From an uncultured Nitrospinota bacterium (GTDB taxonomy: Bacteria > Tectomicrobia > Entotheonellia > J063 > CAVPRW01), in assembly GCA_963707985.1 (NCBI GenBank), contig CAVPRW010000016.1, positions 71,953 to 135,952 of the forward strand: a stretch of DNA of 64,000 nucleotides. The letters are read 5' to 3'. The translations under genes were made by a program, and so were the position numbers. A model generated the notes under the pieces. It did not search any database, was not told the DNA's origin, and saw nothing but the letters and a program-made list of their open reading frames with translations. Shown here in pieces: positions 19,225-33,506 of this stretch. Within the stretch, counting starts at the first letter, position 1. Each line of letters starts with the position of its first letter.

Positions 19225-22200
19225 ATGAACAAGCCGCCGCTTCTCACCAGCAACTTCGCCCATCTGCAAGAGCATGACGAGCAGCTCCTGCGCCTGGGCA
19301 TGCTCGCGGAGCGGTACTTTCCCGACGACCCCAACACCTCGCTCCTCAAGCTGCGGCAGCTCGCCGAGCTGCTGGCGCAGCTGGTGGCGACGAAGGTCGG
19401 CCTGTACCAGTCACCCGAGGAGTCCCAGTACGACCTGCTGCGCCGCCTGCAGGATCAGGGCATTCTCCCGCGCGAGATCGCCCAGCTCTTCGGTGAAGTG
19501 CGGCGCGCCGGCAACGCCGCGAGCCACGCCATGGTAGGCGACCATCGCGCCGCCCTGGCCGCACTCAAGATCACCTGGCAGCTGGGGCTCTGGTTCCACC
19601 GCACCTTCAGGAACCCCTCGTTCACATCCGGCCCCTTCATCCCCCCGCAAGCCCCACCGGACGAAAGCGCCGATCTGCACGCTGAGCTCACCCGCCTCAG
19701 CCAGGCGCTCGAACAAGGCCTCGCGGCCCATCAGGACACCGCCCAGCGTCTGGACGCCGCCGAAGCTATGCTCCGTGAGGCCCAGGACGAGCAGACCTTC
19801 TGGGAGCAGATGGCCAGCGAAGCTGAGGCAGCAAAGGCCGCATTGGAGCAGCGGCTCGCCGCCCAGCAGGCCGAGACCGCCGCGCAACCCAGAGAGACCG
19901 TGACCGCCTTCGTCGCCGCGGCGAACACCGCGGCTGCGGCGCTACACCTCGACGAGATCGAGACGCGCAAGCTGATCGACCAGCAACTCCGACAGGCCGG
20001 CTGGACCGCGGACTCCGCGACCCTGATCTACTCGCAAGGCGCTCGCCCCGAGCCGCATAAAAACCTGGCGATTGCCGAATGGCCCACGCACAGCGGACCG
20101 GCCGACTACGTCCTGTTCGTGGGGCTGACACCCGTCGCGGTCGTGGAGGCCAAACGCCAGAACATCGATGTGTCGGCGGCGCTGCAACAAGCCAAGCGAT
20201 ACAGCCGTGGGTTCATGCCCTCGCCTGAAACCGTGTTGCACGCCGAGAACTGGGGGACGGATGGCGCCTACCGCATTCCGTTCGCCTTCTCGTCCAACGG
20301 GCGCCCATTCTTGCGGCAGCTCTCCACCAGGAGTGGCATCTGGTTCGGCGATCTGCGCCGTGCCGAGAACCTTGGCCACGCCCTCGATGGCTGGTATACG
20401 CCGGAGGGTCTTACGGCGCTCCTGAGGCGTGACGAAGACCGCGCGCATGAGCAGCTCAGGCACGAGCCCTTCGCCTACGGATTCTCGCTGCGCCCCTATC
20501 AACAGGCCGCCATCCAGGCCGCCGAAGCCGCCATCGCCGGTGGCCAGCGCGCCATGCTGCTCGCCATGGCCACGGGCACCGGCAAAACGAAAACCTGCAT
20601 CGCGCTCATCTATCGCCTGCTCAAAGCAAAACGCTTCCGCCGCGTACTGTTCCTGGTGGATCGGTCCGCGCTCGGCGAACAGGCGGCCAACGCCTTCAAG
20701 GATACGCGCATGGAGAGCCTCCAGACCTTTGCCGACATCTTTGGCATCAAGGAGCTGGACGAGCCGAAGCCTGACACCGACACTGCCGTGCACATCGCGA
20801 CCGTACAGGGCATGGTGCAGCGCGCCCTGTATCCCAGCGAGGATGAGGCGCCCCCGGCGGTGGATCAGTACGATTGCATCGTGGTCGACGAATGCCACCG
20901 CGGCTACCTGCTCGACCGCGAGTTGTCCGACACCGAGCTGAGTTTCCGCAGCTATGACGACTATATCTCCAAGTACCGCCGCGTGCTCGACTACTTCGAC
21001 GCGGTGAAGATCGGCCTCACCGCCACGCCAGCCCTGCACACCACGCAGATCTTCGGGGCGCCCATCTTCACCTACAGCTATCGCGAGGCCGTCATCGACG
21101 GCTTTCTCGTCGACCACGAGCCACCGGTGCAGATCAATACCGCCCTCTCCACCTCCGGCATCGTCTGGAGGGTGGGAGAGGAAGTGGAGGTCTACCACGC
21201 GGGCCACAACCAGCTCGACCTCTTCACCACCCCTGACGAGATCAAGCTCGACGTCGAGGACTTCAACCGCAAGGTCATCACCGAATCCTTCAACCGCGTC
21301 GTCTGCGAGTTCCTGGCGCAGGAGCTCGACCCCTCGTCGCGGCAGAAGACGCTGATCTTCTGCGTCAACGACGCCCACGCCGACCTGGTGGTACACCTGC
21401 TCAAGCAGGCCTTCGAGCAGCACTACGGCAGCATCGACGACGATGCCGTCATCAAGATCACCGGCGCCGCCGACAAGCCGCTGCACCTGATCCGCCGCTA
21501 CAAGAACGAGCGCCAGCCGAACGTCGCGGTCACCGTGGACCTGCTCACCACCGGCGTGGACGTGCCCGAGATCTGCAACCTCGTGTTCCTGCGCGGCGTC
21601 AACAGCCGCATCCTGTTCGACCAGATGCTCGGCCGCGCCACCCGCCGGTGCGACGCGATCGGCAAGGAGACCTTCCGCATCTTCGACGCGGTGCAGATCT
21701 ACGAAGCCTTGCAGGGCATGACCGCCATGCAGCCCGTGGTGGTCAACCCGGCCATCACCTTCACCCAGCTGGCGCGCGAGCTCGTGCAGGTAGCGAGCGA
21801 GGCAGAGCGTGCCCTGGTGCGCGACCAGTTCGTCGCCAAGCTCCAGCGCAAGAAACGCCATCTGAGTGAAGCCACCGCGCGCGACTTCGAGACCTGCGCC
21901 GGCATGTCGCCCGAGGCCTTCATCGAGCAGCTCAAGACCATGCCGCTGGCCGACATCGCCGCCTGGTTCAGCCAAAACCCCGACCTCGGCGACATCCTCG
22001 ACCGCCAGGGCGAAGGCCACGTCGAGCCGGTGTTCGTGTCCCATCACGACGATAGGCTGCTCGGCACCGAGCGCGGCTACGGGCAGGCCAGACGGCCGGA
22101 AGACTATCTCCAGGAGTTCTCCGACTTCCTCCGCACTCGCGGCAACGCCATTCCTGCCCTCGTGACCGTGCTCACGCGCCCGCGCGAGCTCACCCGCAAG

Positions 22201-22606
22201 CAACTGCGCGAGCTGGCGCTGGAGCTGGACCGGGCGGGCTTCAGCGAGGCGAGCCTCTCCACGGCCTGGCGCGAGATGACCAACCAGGACATCGCCGCGC
22301 GCATCGTCGGCTACATCCGCCAGGCCGCCATCGGCGATCCGCTCGTGCCCTACGATCAGCGCGTGGACAGCGCGCTACAGAAAATACTCGCCTCGCGCCA
22401 CTGGACCATGCCGCAGCGCCAGTGGCTGCAGAAGGATCGCCGCCCAGACCAAGGCCAACGTGCTCGTCGACCGCGAGGCGCTGGACGACCCCGACCTCGT
22501 CTTCAAGCGTGAGGGCGGCGGCTTCGCCCGGCTCGACCGTATCTTCGGTGGAGAGCTCCAGCAGGTGCTGGACACCTTCAACGAATCACTCTGGGCTACG
22601 GCGTAG
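19225..22606 (+). CDS. hsdR: type I restriction endonuclease R subunit (EcoKI-like), frameshift near 22435
   Basis: ADYVL...VEAKR nuclease, MATGTGKT, DECHRG, GLTATP, LLTTGVDVP, QMLGRATR; corrected frame ends at TAG 22604-22606. Confidence 0.95.
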
Positions 22607-22687
22607 ATGGTTGGTGCGCACTCCACTCTGTACGCTACACAAACATCAAAAAGTAGTGTAGTCTGAATCAAAAGGGGGAAACACTGT

Positions 22688-22945
22688 ATGAGCCCACAGC
22701 AGATGCCCAATGCCGATGACCTGATGCAACGTATCACCATCGATCCACATATCTGTCATGGGAAGCCCTGTATCCGCGGTTTGCGCTATCCCATTGAAAT
22801 ACTGCTGGAGTTACTCAGTGCTGGTATGACCGTTGAAGAGATCCTGGCAGATTATGAAGACCTGGAACGGGAGGATATCTTCGCCACCCTGGCTTTTGCT
22901 ACCCGCCTGAGCCAGGTAAAGCGTATGCAACCGCTCACAGTATGA
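22688..22945 (+). CDS. DUF433 family antitoxin
   Basis: RITIDPHICHGKPCIRGLR...EEILADYEDLEREDI. Confidence 0.92.
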   Translation: MSPQQMPNADDLMQRITIDPHICHGKPCIRGLRYPIEILLELLSAGMTVEEILADYEDLEREDIFATLAFATRLSQVKRMQPLTV

Positions 22946-23295
22946 AGTTTCTCGTTGACGCGCATCTCCCCCGCCGTTTGGCATATCAGCTCCGCGCATT
23001 TGGACATGAGGCAGTGCATACACTCGACTTGCCCAGAGGTAATCGCACCCCCGACCCGGAGCTTGGGGAGCTGTCCGTCCGCGACCACGCCATCGTCGTA
23101 ACCAAGGATGCCGATTTTGTCAATACCTTCACCATACAGCGAGTGCCCTACAAGCTCCTTCTGGTCTCCACGGGGAACATTACCAATGCGGCACTCGAAA
23201 CGCTCGTGACACAGCATATGGCCGACATTACTGCAGCCTTTGTGTCTCACGACTTTGTTGAACTCACTCGTACCATGCTCATCATACACGTGTGA
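22942..23295 (+). CDS. DUF5615 PIN-like toxin
   Basis: MKFLVDAHLP...D...IVVTKDADF...GNITN; ATGA overlap. Confidence 0.9.
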   Translation: MKFLVDAHLPRRLAYQLRAFGHEAVHTLDLPRGNRTPDPELGELSVRDHAIVVTKDADFVNTFTIQRVPYKLLLVSTGNITNAALETLVTQHMADITAAFVSHDFVELTRTMLIIHV

Positions 23296-23434
23296 CCTCA
23301 ACCAGCGACGCGGCGGCTTCGCAAAGAAAGGACAGTCGGGGCTGCGAGGGAGTATCAGGTTCCATGGTTTCTAACGCCCCTACCGTTGCGAATACCCGGC
23401 GCTATCTTGTCATGAGGGAGAACATTAGCCACCT

Positions 23435-26622
<3,188 letters not shown>

Positions 26623-26626
<4 letters not shown>

Positions 26627-28211
26627 GGCTGGACCGTCTCAGCATCCCGAACTATCGCAACCTACGGTCGTTCGAGATCGACTTCGACGAATCGCAGCCA
26701 ACGACGGTGCTGATCGGCCGCAACGGCTCGGGCAAGTCGAACCTGATCGAGGCCATCGTCGAGATCTTCCGCGAGCTGGAGCTGGGCGGTGCGCCTAGCT
26801 TCGCGTACACGCTGCAGTACGTGTGCCGCGAGCACACCATCCGGATCGACGCCGATCCCGCGCGGCCGAGCAGGCGCCTCGACATCATGGTCGACGGTAA
26901 GCCGGTGACGCAAGCGGCCTTTCAGCGCGACCTCGACACCTACCTGCCCAATTACGTTTTCGCCTACTACTCGGGGTGGAGCAGTCGGCTGGAGCGACAC
27001 TTCGACCGTCCGACTCGCAGGCACTACGACCGCATCCTGAAGAGCCCGGATCGCCACCTGCCGCTGCGGCGGCTGTTCTTCTGCCGCAAGGAGTACAGCC
27101 AGCTTGTGCTGCTGGCGTTCTTCCTCGCAACGCCAGCCAGTGCGCGCGAGCTACTGGAGCGGTATCTCGGCATCACGGGCTTCGAGTCAGCGCTCTTTGT
27201 GCTGAAAACGCCCTGGTGGCGTGGCTCGGGTGCACCGAACAAGACCCAGACAGGCCGACGGCGACGAGCGCTTCTGGTACGCCCGCGGCGCGTTCAGGGG
27301 CTTTCTCGATCGGCTCTGGGGCCGCGCGCTCGCGCCGATCCGCAACACCGAGGCCGTCGAACGCGACGTGCGCCGGCAGGGTGAGAGGACCGAGCGGCTC
27401 TATCTCTTCATCAAGAACGAGATCGGAGCTGGCCAGGCTCAAGGAGCAGGATGAGGACTCGAAGACGCTGTTCGGCTACCTGGAGAGTCTGTTCCTGTGC
27501 GACCTGATCGACGAGGTGCGCGTCACCGTTGAGCGCACGGACGGCACGCGCATCAAGTTCACGCAGATGAGTGAAGGTGAGCAGCAGCTCCTGACCGTGC
27601 TCGGGCTGCTGCTCTTCACACAGAACGACGAGTCGCTGTACCTCCTCGACGAACCCGACACCCACCTCAACCCGGTGTGGACCTACGACTACCTGAAGCT
27701 GCTCCAGGATAACATCAGCGCCGAGAAGGGCCAGTTGATCATCGCGACCCATAACCCCCTGATGATTGGCAGCCTGCACAAGAACCAGGTGCGCATCCTG
27801 GCACGAGAGGACAGTCGTATCGTCTCCTCGGAGCCGGAGTATGACCCGATTGGCATTGGCGTAGAGGGGCTGCTCAAGTCTGAGCTCTACGGCTTGCGCT
27901 CGACGTTGGCCCCGGAGGTACTGGCAAAGCTGGATCGACACTACGAGCTTCTCGGAAAGAGGGAGAAGACGGATGCCGAGCAGGCCCAGTTGATGCAACT
28001 GGCGAGGGAACTGAACGAGCTGAGTGTTTCTCGCACGCATCCGAATCCCTACTTCGACCACTTTGCGAACGCGCTGGCGCGCCGGCTCGGGTCAGAGCCA
28101 GAGGCCACGCTTTCCAAGGAGGAGATCGGGGCGCAGGCCAGGCTGGCCGACGAAGTTCTCAAAGAAGTCCTTGCCGAAGAAGAGGCCGGCGGGAGGGGTG
28201 AACCGGCATGA
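26623..28211 (+). CDS. ABC-superfamily (AAA_21-like) ATPase, Septu PtuA-like (frameshifts near 27250 and 27420)
   Basis: NYRNL, GRNGSGKS Walker A, SEGEQQ signature, LLDEPDTHLNP Walker B/D-loop, ATHNP; ATGA overlap with hsdS. Confidence 0.9.
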
Positions 28212-29017
28212 GGCATATCCCACTTCGAGCTCAGGAGCCCGACGCTGCCTGGCTCACCAAGGCCAACAGGCTGCTCGACGAGCTGAAGGCGGCTCCCGAT
28301 GCGACCGCTAGAGACAAAATCATCGACGACAACAGCGCCGTGTGGGGCGAGCTCAAGCAGTGGCTGCTGAATCTTTCCCACGGGAAGTGCTGGTTCTCGG
28401 AAGCGAAGGACTGCTTCAGCCACTGGGATGTCGAGCACTATCGACCGAAGAAGTCCGCAAAGGATGCTGACGGCACTTCGCACGAGGGGTATTGGTGGCT
28501 GGCGTTTGATTGGGAAAACTTCAGGATCTGTGGGAATGCCGGGAACCGCAAGAAAGGCACTTTCTTCCCGCTGCGCCCTGGATGCGTGCGAATCGCGCCC
28601 CACGGTGATGTTCGGTTTGAAGATGTGCAGCTGCTCGATCCCATCGACGAGGACGATCCGGGGCTGCTCTCCTTCAACATGGAGGGTCGCGCCATACCGG
28701 CCGCGCACATCACCGATGCATGGGAGAAGGCACGAGTCGAGTACTCGGTCGAACGATACAACCTCGACTTTCCCCCGCTCATGGACAAGCGCAAGGCTGT
28801 TTGGGCCGAGTGCTGGAATCGTGTGGAGGAATACTTGAGGGAACTGGCGACCTACCACGATGACAAGACCAACGTCATCGCGCGGGACAGATCCAAACAG
28901 GCCATTAAGCGCGTGCGCGAGCTTATGCGTGAGGATCAAGAGCTGTCGGCTGTGGCGCGGGCATGCATACTGAGCTCGGGCGATCCGCGGCTCACCGGTA
29001 TCCTTCAGAGCGCGTAG
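28208..29017 (+). CDS. HNH-family nuclease, Septu PtuB-like
   Basis: KCWFSE, DVEHYRPK, YWWLAFDWENF, N.KKGTFFPL, LLDP..EDDP; ATGA overlap with the ATPase. Confidence 0.85.
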   Translation: MRHIPLRAQEPDAAWLTKANRLLDELKAAPDATARDKIIDDNSAVWGELKQWLLNLSHGKCWFSEAKDCFSHWDVEHYRPKKSAKDADGTSHEGYWWLAFDWENFRICGNAGNRKKGTFFPLRPGCVRIAPHGDVRFEDVQLLDPIDEDDPGLLSFNMEGRAIPAAHITDAWEKARVEYSVERYNLDFPPLMDKRKAVWAECWNRVEEYLRELATYHDDKTNVIARDRSKQAIKRVRELMREDQELSAVARACILSSGDPRLTGILQSA

Positions 29018-29163
29018 GAGCATTGCCGCACGGGCAGTACAAGCCCGTACGCGTCTGATAGCCAGCAAACGCCCGATTGAGTTGCCGTGGTCATCTGGAG
29101 TACAATCCTCTACAGAGATTTTCAGAGCAGGCTACTACTGTTGAGAGTGAAGGAATCATCATC

Positions 29164-29394
29164 ATGGCCACCACGACCATTACCATCCAAGTCGAGCCAG
29201 AGGCTGCTAAAGCCTTTGCTGCGGCCTCACCGGAAGAGCAGCGCAAGATGCAGCTGCTCCTGAGTCTCCGGTTACAAGACCTCACCACGCCACAAGGGAA
29301 GCCGCTGCAAGCAGTCATGGACGAGATCGGTGCACGTGCTGCAGCGCGTGGTCTCACCCCAGAGATCTTGGAGTCGCTCTTGCGTGACGAGTAA
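29164..29394 (+). CDS. putative antitoxin
   Basis: MDEIGARAAARGLTPEILESLL; overlaps PIN start. Confidence 0.7.
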   Translation: MATTTITIQVEPEAAKAFAAASPEEQRKMQLLLSLRLQDLTTPQGKPLQAVMDEIGARAAARGLTPEILESLLRDE

Positions 29395-29585
29395 CGTGCG
29401 TGTCGTCATGGATACGAATGTGGTCGTCAGTGCCGCACTGCTACCACGATCTATGCCACGGCAGGCGTTCGATCGTGCACTGGAGCACGGCACGCTCCTC
29501 ATGTCGTCTGCCACGGTCGCAGAACTGAATGATGTCCTCCGCCGTCCCCGTTTCGACACATATGTGCATGAGGACGAACGCCTTA
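29384..29585 (+). pseudogene. PIN-domain toxin, truncated
   Basis: RVVMDTNVVVSAAL...ELNDVLRRPRFD, then similarity stops. Confidence 0.8.
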
Positions 29586-29781
29586 TTCCCTCCACGTTAT
29601 TCTTGGTGGCTGGGCCGTCGGCGAGCGGTGAGACGGCTTGCATACCCTGAAGCGTCTGGCATGTGGCAAGCTCATCCGCGTGAGCCCAGGAGTTCAGCCT
29701 ACCCATTTGCAGTCATTAGGTCTAGCCCGCCTGGATATATCCGTTCTTGCCATCGCATGATACCCATGCTATCAAGATTGC

Positions 29782-30076
29782 ATGATCGTGTCCTTCAGGG
29801 GTCCAGGGACAGAGGATATCTTCAACGGTCGAAACTCCAGGCATGCGCGCCAGACATGCCCCCGAAACCTCTGGCCCATTGCCGTTCGCAAACTCGACCA
29901 GCTAGATTCTGTCGTGAGTCTCGATGACCTTCGGATTCCTCCTGGAAACCAGCTTGAAGCCTTAGTGCGGGGACCGGCGCGGTCAATTCAGCATTCGCAT
30001 CAACCAGCGTTACCGCATCTGCTTTATCTGGACGGAGAGGGGTCCCGCACAAGTGGAAATTGTTGACTATCACTGA
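29782..30076 (+). CDS. higB: HigB/RelE-like toxin (frameshifts near 29965-29985)
   Basis: [31 protein letters not shown]...VEIVDYH. Confidence 0.88.
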
Positions 30077-30095
30077 TTGGGAGACGTTGTATACC

Positions 30096-30410
30096 ATGAT
30101 TCGAGTGCCCACCCATCGAGAACCGACGCACCCAGGAGAGATGTTAGTAGAGGAATTCCTGAAGCCCATGGGACTGACGCAGCGTGACCTAGCCCAAGGG
30201 ATCTACGTGCCCTACCAGCGGGTGAACGAATTGGTCAACCGGCGGCGTGGCCTCACCCCCAGCACAGCGCTCCGGCTGGCGAAGTACTTTGGCACATCGC
30301 CGGATTTTTGGATGCATCTGCAGTTGCGGTGGGACCTCTACCATGCCCAACGGGCTGAAGCGCATGAGCTGAAAAAGATTAAGAGGGTTAAGGTTGTGAG
30401 CTCAGCCTGA
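30096..30410 (+). CDS. higA: HigA family antitoxin
   Basis: PTHPGEMLVEEFLKPMG, TALRLAKYFGTSPDFWM.LQ. Confidence 0.93.
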   Translation: MIRVPTHREPTHPGEMLVEEFLKPMGLTQRDLAQGIYVPYQRVNELVNRRRGLTPSTALRLAKYFGTSPDFWMHLQLRWDLYHAQRAEAHELKKIKRVKVVSSA

Positions 30411-30528
30411 TCGGCCGGCAGCGTCACTTCGGCGTTGTTCCGTACCCTGTATCGAGGTGGGGCACGAGGCCATCGTGCATCGTATTATTAGGCGAGGGAA
30501 ACCCTACGGTCATTGGCAGCACAGCGTA

Positions 30529-30591
30529 TCCTCACAAGGGTTTGCCGTCGACACTCTTCCGCGGCCGCAGCTTATCGCCAGTACATTAGGC
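30529..30591 (+). other. degenerate attC-like site
   Basis: CCTCACAAGGGTTTGCCGTCGAC...GGCCGCAGCTTATCGCCAGTACATTAGGC; both core boxes mutated. Confidence 0.4.
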
Positions 30592-30644
30592 GGCTAATAC
30601 TACCTGTACATTGCCCGGCTATCATGGTTGAAGAGGAGCTTTTC

Positions 30645-30851
30645 ATGGAGACGGCAATTGTCTCACCAGAATTCCACGTAGCTATCCCGCAAGCCATTCG
30701 GGAAGCCCTTGATCTGCAGCCGGGTCAGAGAGTGCAAGTCATCCTCTACCAGAGCCGTATTGAATTGATTCCTGTCCGGTCTGTCAGAGACATGCGTGGG
30801 TTTCTCAAAGGGATTGACACGACGGTGACGCGGGAGCCAGACCGCGCATGA
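30645..30851 (+). CDS. AbrB/MazE/SpoVT family antitoxin
   Basis: VSPEFHVAIPQAIREALDLQPGQRV...IELIP. Confidence 0.85.
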   Translation: METAIVSPEFHVAIPQAIREALDLQPGQRVQVILYQSRIELIPVRSVRDMRGFLKGIDTTVTREPDRA

Positions 30852-30900
30852 ATGTCGTCGATTCCTCTGGATCGTTGGAGTTTTTTGCTGATGGACCGGT
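30848..30900 (+). pseudogene. VapC/PIN toxin, first ~17 codons only
   Basis: MNVVDSSGSLEFFADGP; ATGA overlap; followed by an attC-like site. Confidence 0.7.
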
Positions 30901-30960
30901 AAACACACACTGGAGCGGACGCTCGCAAGCGCTCGCGCCGCTCAGGTCTGGCCGTTAGAC
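30898..30960 (+). other. integron attC-like site (best preserved)
   Basis: AAC...GAGCGG-A-CG / CG-CCGCTC inner arms with one unpaired base, right box GTTAGAC; 63 bp. Confidence 0.7.
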
Positions 30961-31019
30961 CGCCTTGATGCTCGCCCTGGAGTATAATAATCCCGCACTT
31001 TTTTGCGGAGGTCACCCCT

Positions 31020-31235
31020 ATGCAGGCCTATCGCGTAAATACCACCATTCAGGAAGATGGCACGCTCACGGTGAGTCATCTCCCACTGCAAGCAGGCGAA
31101 GCGGTGGAAGTGATCATCCTGGTTCAACCATCCACCGTGCGGCCTCAGGACCGTTACCTACTGCGCGGTACGCCCATTACCTATATCGATCCGACCGAAC
31201 CAGTCGCCCAGGCGGACTGGGAGGCCGCCCGATGA
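31020..31235 (+). CDS. putative antitoxin
   Basis: DGTLTV..LPLQAGEAVEVII...LRG....Y.DP.EPV...DWE; ATGA overlap with PIN. Confidence 0.75.
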   Translation: MQAYRVNTTIQEDGTLTVSHLPLQAGEAVEVIILVQPSTVRPQDRYLLRGTPITYIDPTEPVAQADWEAAR

Positions 31236-31624
31236 TCGTGCTGGACACCCACATTTGGGTGTGGTGGGTGCATGGCGAAGTGCATTTGCCGCAAACGCAT
31301 CGCATGTATCTCGAGACACACGAAGCCGAAGGGTTTGGTCTCAGTATTATCTCCTGCTGGGAAGTGGCCAAGTTAGTGGAGTACGCTCGGCTCACCTTGC
31401 CCTGTCCAATCGCCGAATGGCTTGACCAAGCATTAAGCTATCCTGGCATGCGACTGCTGGATCTCACGCCGCGCATTGTGGTGGAGTCAACGCGGTTACC
31501 GGGCACGTTTCATCGCGACCCCGCTGATCAGCTGATTGTGGCGACGGCACGCATTTATAACTGCGCACTTATGACGGTTGACCCAAAGATTGTGGCATAT
31601 CCGCATGTCCAAACGCTCCCATAG
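31232..31624 (+). CDS. vapC: VapC family PIN toxin
   Basis: VLDTHIWVW, ISCWEV, HRDPADQLIVATA, LMTVD. Confidence 0.92.
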   Translation: MIVLDTHIWVWWVHGEVHLPQTHRMYLETHEAEGFGLSIISCWEVAKLVEYARLTLPCPIAEWLDQALSYPGMRLLDLTPRIVVESTRLPGTFHRDPADQLIVATARIYNCALMTVDPKIVAYPHVQTLP

Positions 31625-31741
31625 GCCGCGCTATCGACGGCATGTAGCGGACGGGGAGACAGCGGGCATTTGTGGTTCGGTGGCTCAGTCAGAGGGCGGT
31701 GGTGGTGTGGCCCCCGCCGCTGAACCCAGGGTCGTTATCCT

Positions 31742-31880
31742 CCCATCCTTGCAACCAGGGAATATCGAGGCACTCAAGGTCGAACCCGATGGACGCATCA
31801 TGAACGGGAATACACCCATCAAGGTTCTTCAAGAACGTGGTGTTGACGTGAATAGTCTGCCACGGGAGGTGTTACCATAA
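31742..31880 (+). pseudogene. ParB-like small toxin-domain remnant
   Basis: SLQPG..ALKV.PDGRIMNGNTP..VLQERGVDVNSLPRE resembles a decayed DG(N/H)xR motif. Confidence 0.45.
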
Positions 31881-31896
31881 AGTGTGAGGCTCCCCC

Positions 31897-32235
31897 ATGA
31901 CTATGCACCAAGCCATTGAGATATTCCGCAACTATTCCCCTCAAGAAAAAATCGACTTCCTCGTCCACCTTGCACATGCCCTCACCATTCTCGCCCGCGA
32001 TACCTATGAAGTCGGAGGAGAGGGCTTGACCCAGCCCGCGCGGCTCCGCCGCATTACTGAGGTTCAACATCGGGTGCTTGGTAGTATCATCACGTTGACG
32101 AAGGACGAGACGAAACGCTACCCCGATGAGGTGCTGGTACGGCTGATTCTGGAGCATCCGGAGGATCGAGACCTGCAGCAACAATTAGAACAGGCGTTCA
32201 GTCATCTTACAGCGCAGATGGCCGTCACCTCCTAA
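31897..32235 (+). CDS. hypothetical helical protein (possible immunity partner)
   Basis: GAGG RBS, 112 aa clean ORF directly after the ParB-like remnant; stop lies in TCCTAAC. Confidence 0.6.
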   Translation: MTMHQAIEIFRNYSPQEKIDFLVHLAHALTILARDTYEVGGEGLTQPARLRRITEVQHRVLGSIITLTKDETKRYPDEVLVRLILEHPEDRDLQQQLEQAFSHLTAQMAVTS

Positions 32236-32249
32236 CATATCCGGCAGCT

Positions 32250-33233
32250 GCCGACGGCTCCTCGTCTGAGGGGTATTGGTAGCCCGCATGCGATTGGCAA
32301 CACTTCAGGATCTGTGGGAATGCCGGGAATCGCAAGAAAGGCACTTTTCTTTCCCACTGCGCCCTGGATGCGTGCGAATCGCGCCCCACGGTGATGTTCG
32401 GTATGAGGATGCATAGCTCCTCGATCCCATCGACGAGGACGATCCGGGGCTGCTCTCCTGCAATATGGAGGGTCGTGCCATACCGGCTGCGCACCTCACC
32501 GACACATGGGAGAGGGCACGGGTCGAGTACTCAGTCGAACGATACAACCTCGACTTTCCCCCGCTCATGGACAAGCGCAAGGCTGTTTGGGCCGAGTGCT
32601 GGAACTGTGTGCAGGAGTACTTGAAGGAACTGGCGACCTACCACGCTGATAAGCCTAACGTCATTGCGCGGGATAGATCCAAACAGGCCCTTAACCGTGT
32701 GCGCCAGCTTATACGAGAGGGTCGGGAGCTATGGGCCGTGACACGCGCATACATACTGAGCTCGGGCGATCCGCGGCTCACCGGCATCCTTCAGAGCGCG
32801 TAGGAGCATTGCCGCACGGGCATTACAAGCCCGTACGCGTCTGATAGACAGCAAACGCCCGATTGAGTTGCCGTGGTCATCTGGAGTACAATCCTCTACA
32901 GAGATTTTCAGAGCAGGCTATTACTGTTGAAAGTGAAGGAATCATCATCATGGCCACCACGACCATTACCATCCAAGTCGAGCCAGAGGCTGTCAGAGCC
33001 TTTGCTGCGGCCTCACCGGAAGATCAGCGCAAGATGCAACTGCTCCTGAGTCTCCGGTTACAAGACCTCACCACGCCACCAGGGAAGCCGCTGCAAGCAG
33101 TTATGGACGAGATCGGTGCACGTGCTGCAGCGCGTGGCCTCACTCCAGAGATCTTGGAGTCGCTCTTGCGTGACGAGTCACGTGCGTGTCGTCATGGATA
33201 CGAATGTGGTCGGCCGTGCCGCACTGCTACCAC
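32250..33233 (+). repeat. decayed second copy of 28466-29447 (HNH 3' part, spacer, antitoxin, PIN start)
   Basis: Colinear ~980-bp match; two in-frame TAG stops, an indel and loss of the antitoxin stop (TAA>TCA at 33178). Confidence 0.96.
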
Positions 33234-33251
33234 ACGGGCAGGAGCAAGACG

Positions 33252-33506
33252 ATGACTACCCCACTATTTGCGCTTGAAGGAACCTGGGAAGAGATTGTTG
33301 CCCAGATACCCGATTTCTCTGGCCAAAAACTGCGCATCCTTGTATATCCTGCGACCGGACATAGCGCTGAAGATCACGATACCCGTCCCATTGCCGAGGT
33401 GTTGGCCGAGATTGCCGCGACCATCCCTGCCGGAGAGCTTGCCCCGTTACCATCAGACGTTACCGACCAATTGGACCACTATATCTACGGCACCCCCAAG
33501 CGATGA
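33252..33506 (+). CDS. putative antitoxin; partner PIN reduced to MKQVYPDT (from 33503)
   Basis: LPSD..DQLDHYIYGTPKR terminus; ATGA overlap with a PIN-like start. Confidence 0.7.
   Translation: MTTPLFALEGTWEEIVAQIPDFSGQKLRILVYPATGHSAEDHDTRPIAEVLAEIAATIPAGELAPLPSDVTDQLDHYIYGTPKR

Noticed and set aside
19942..22203. 753-aa minus-strand ORF and similar long antisense ORFs
   Set aside because: Shadows of high-GC coding sequence on the opposite strand; no motifs.
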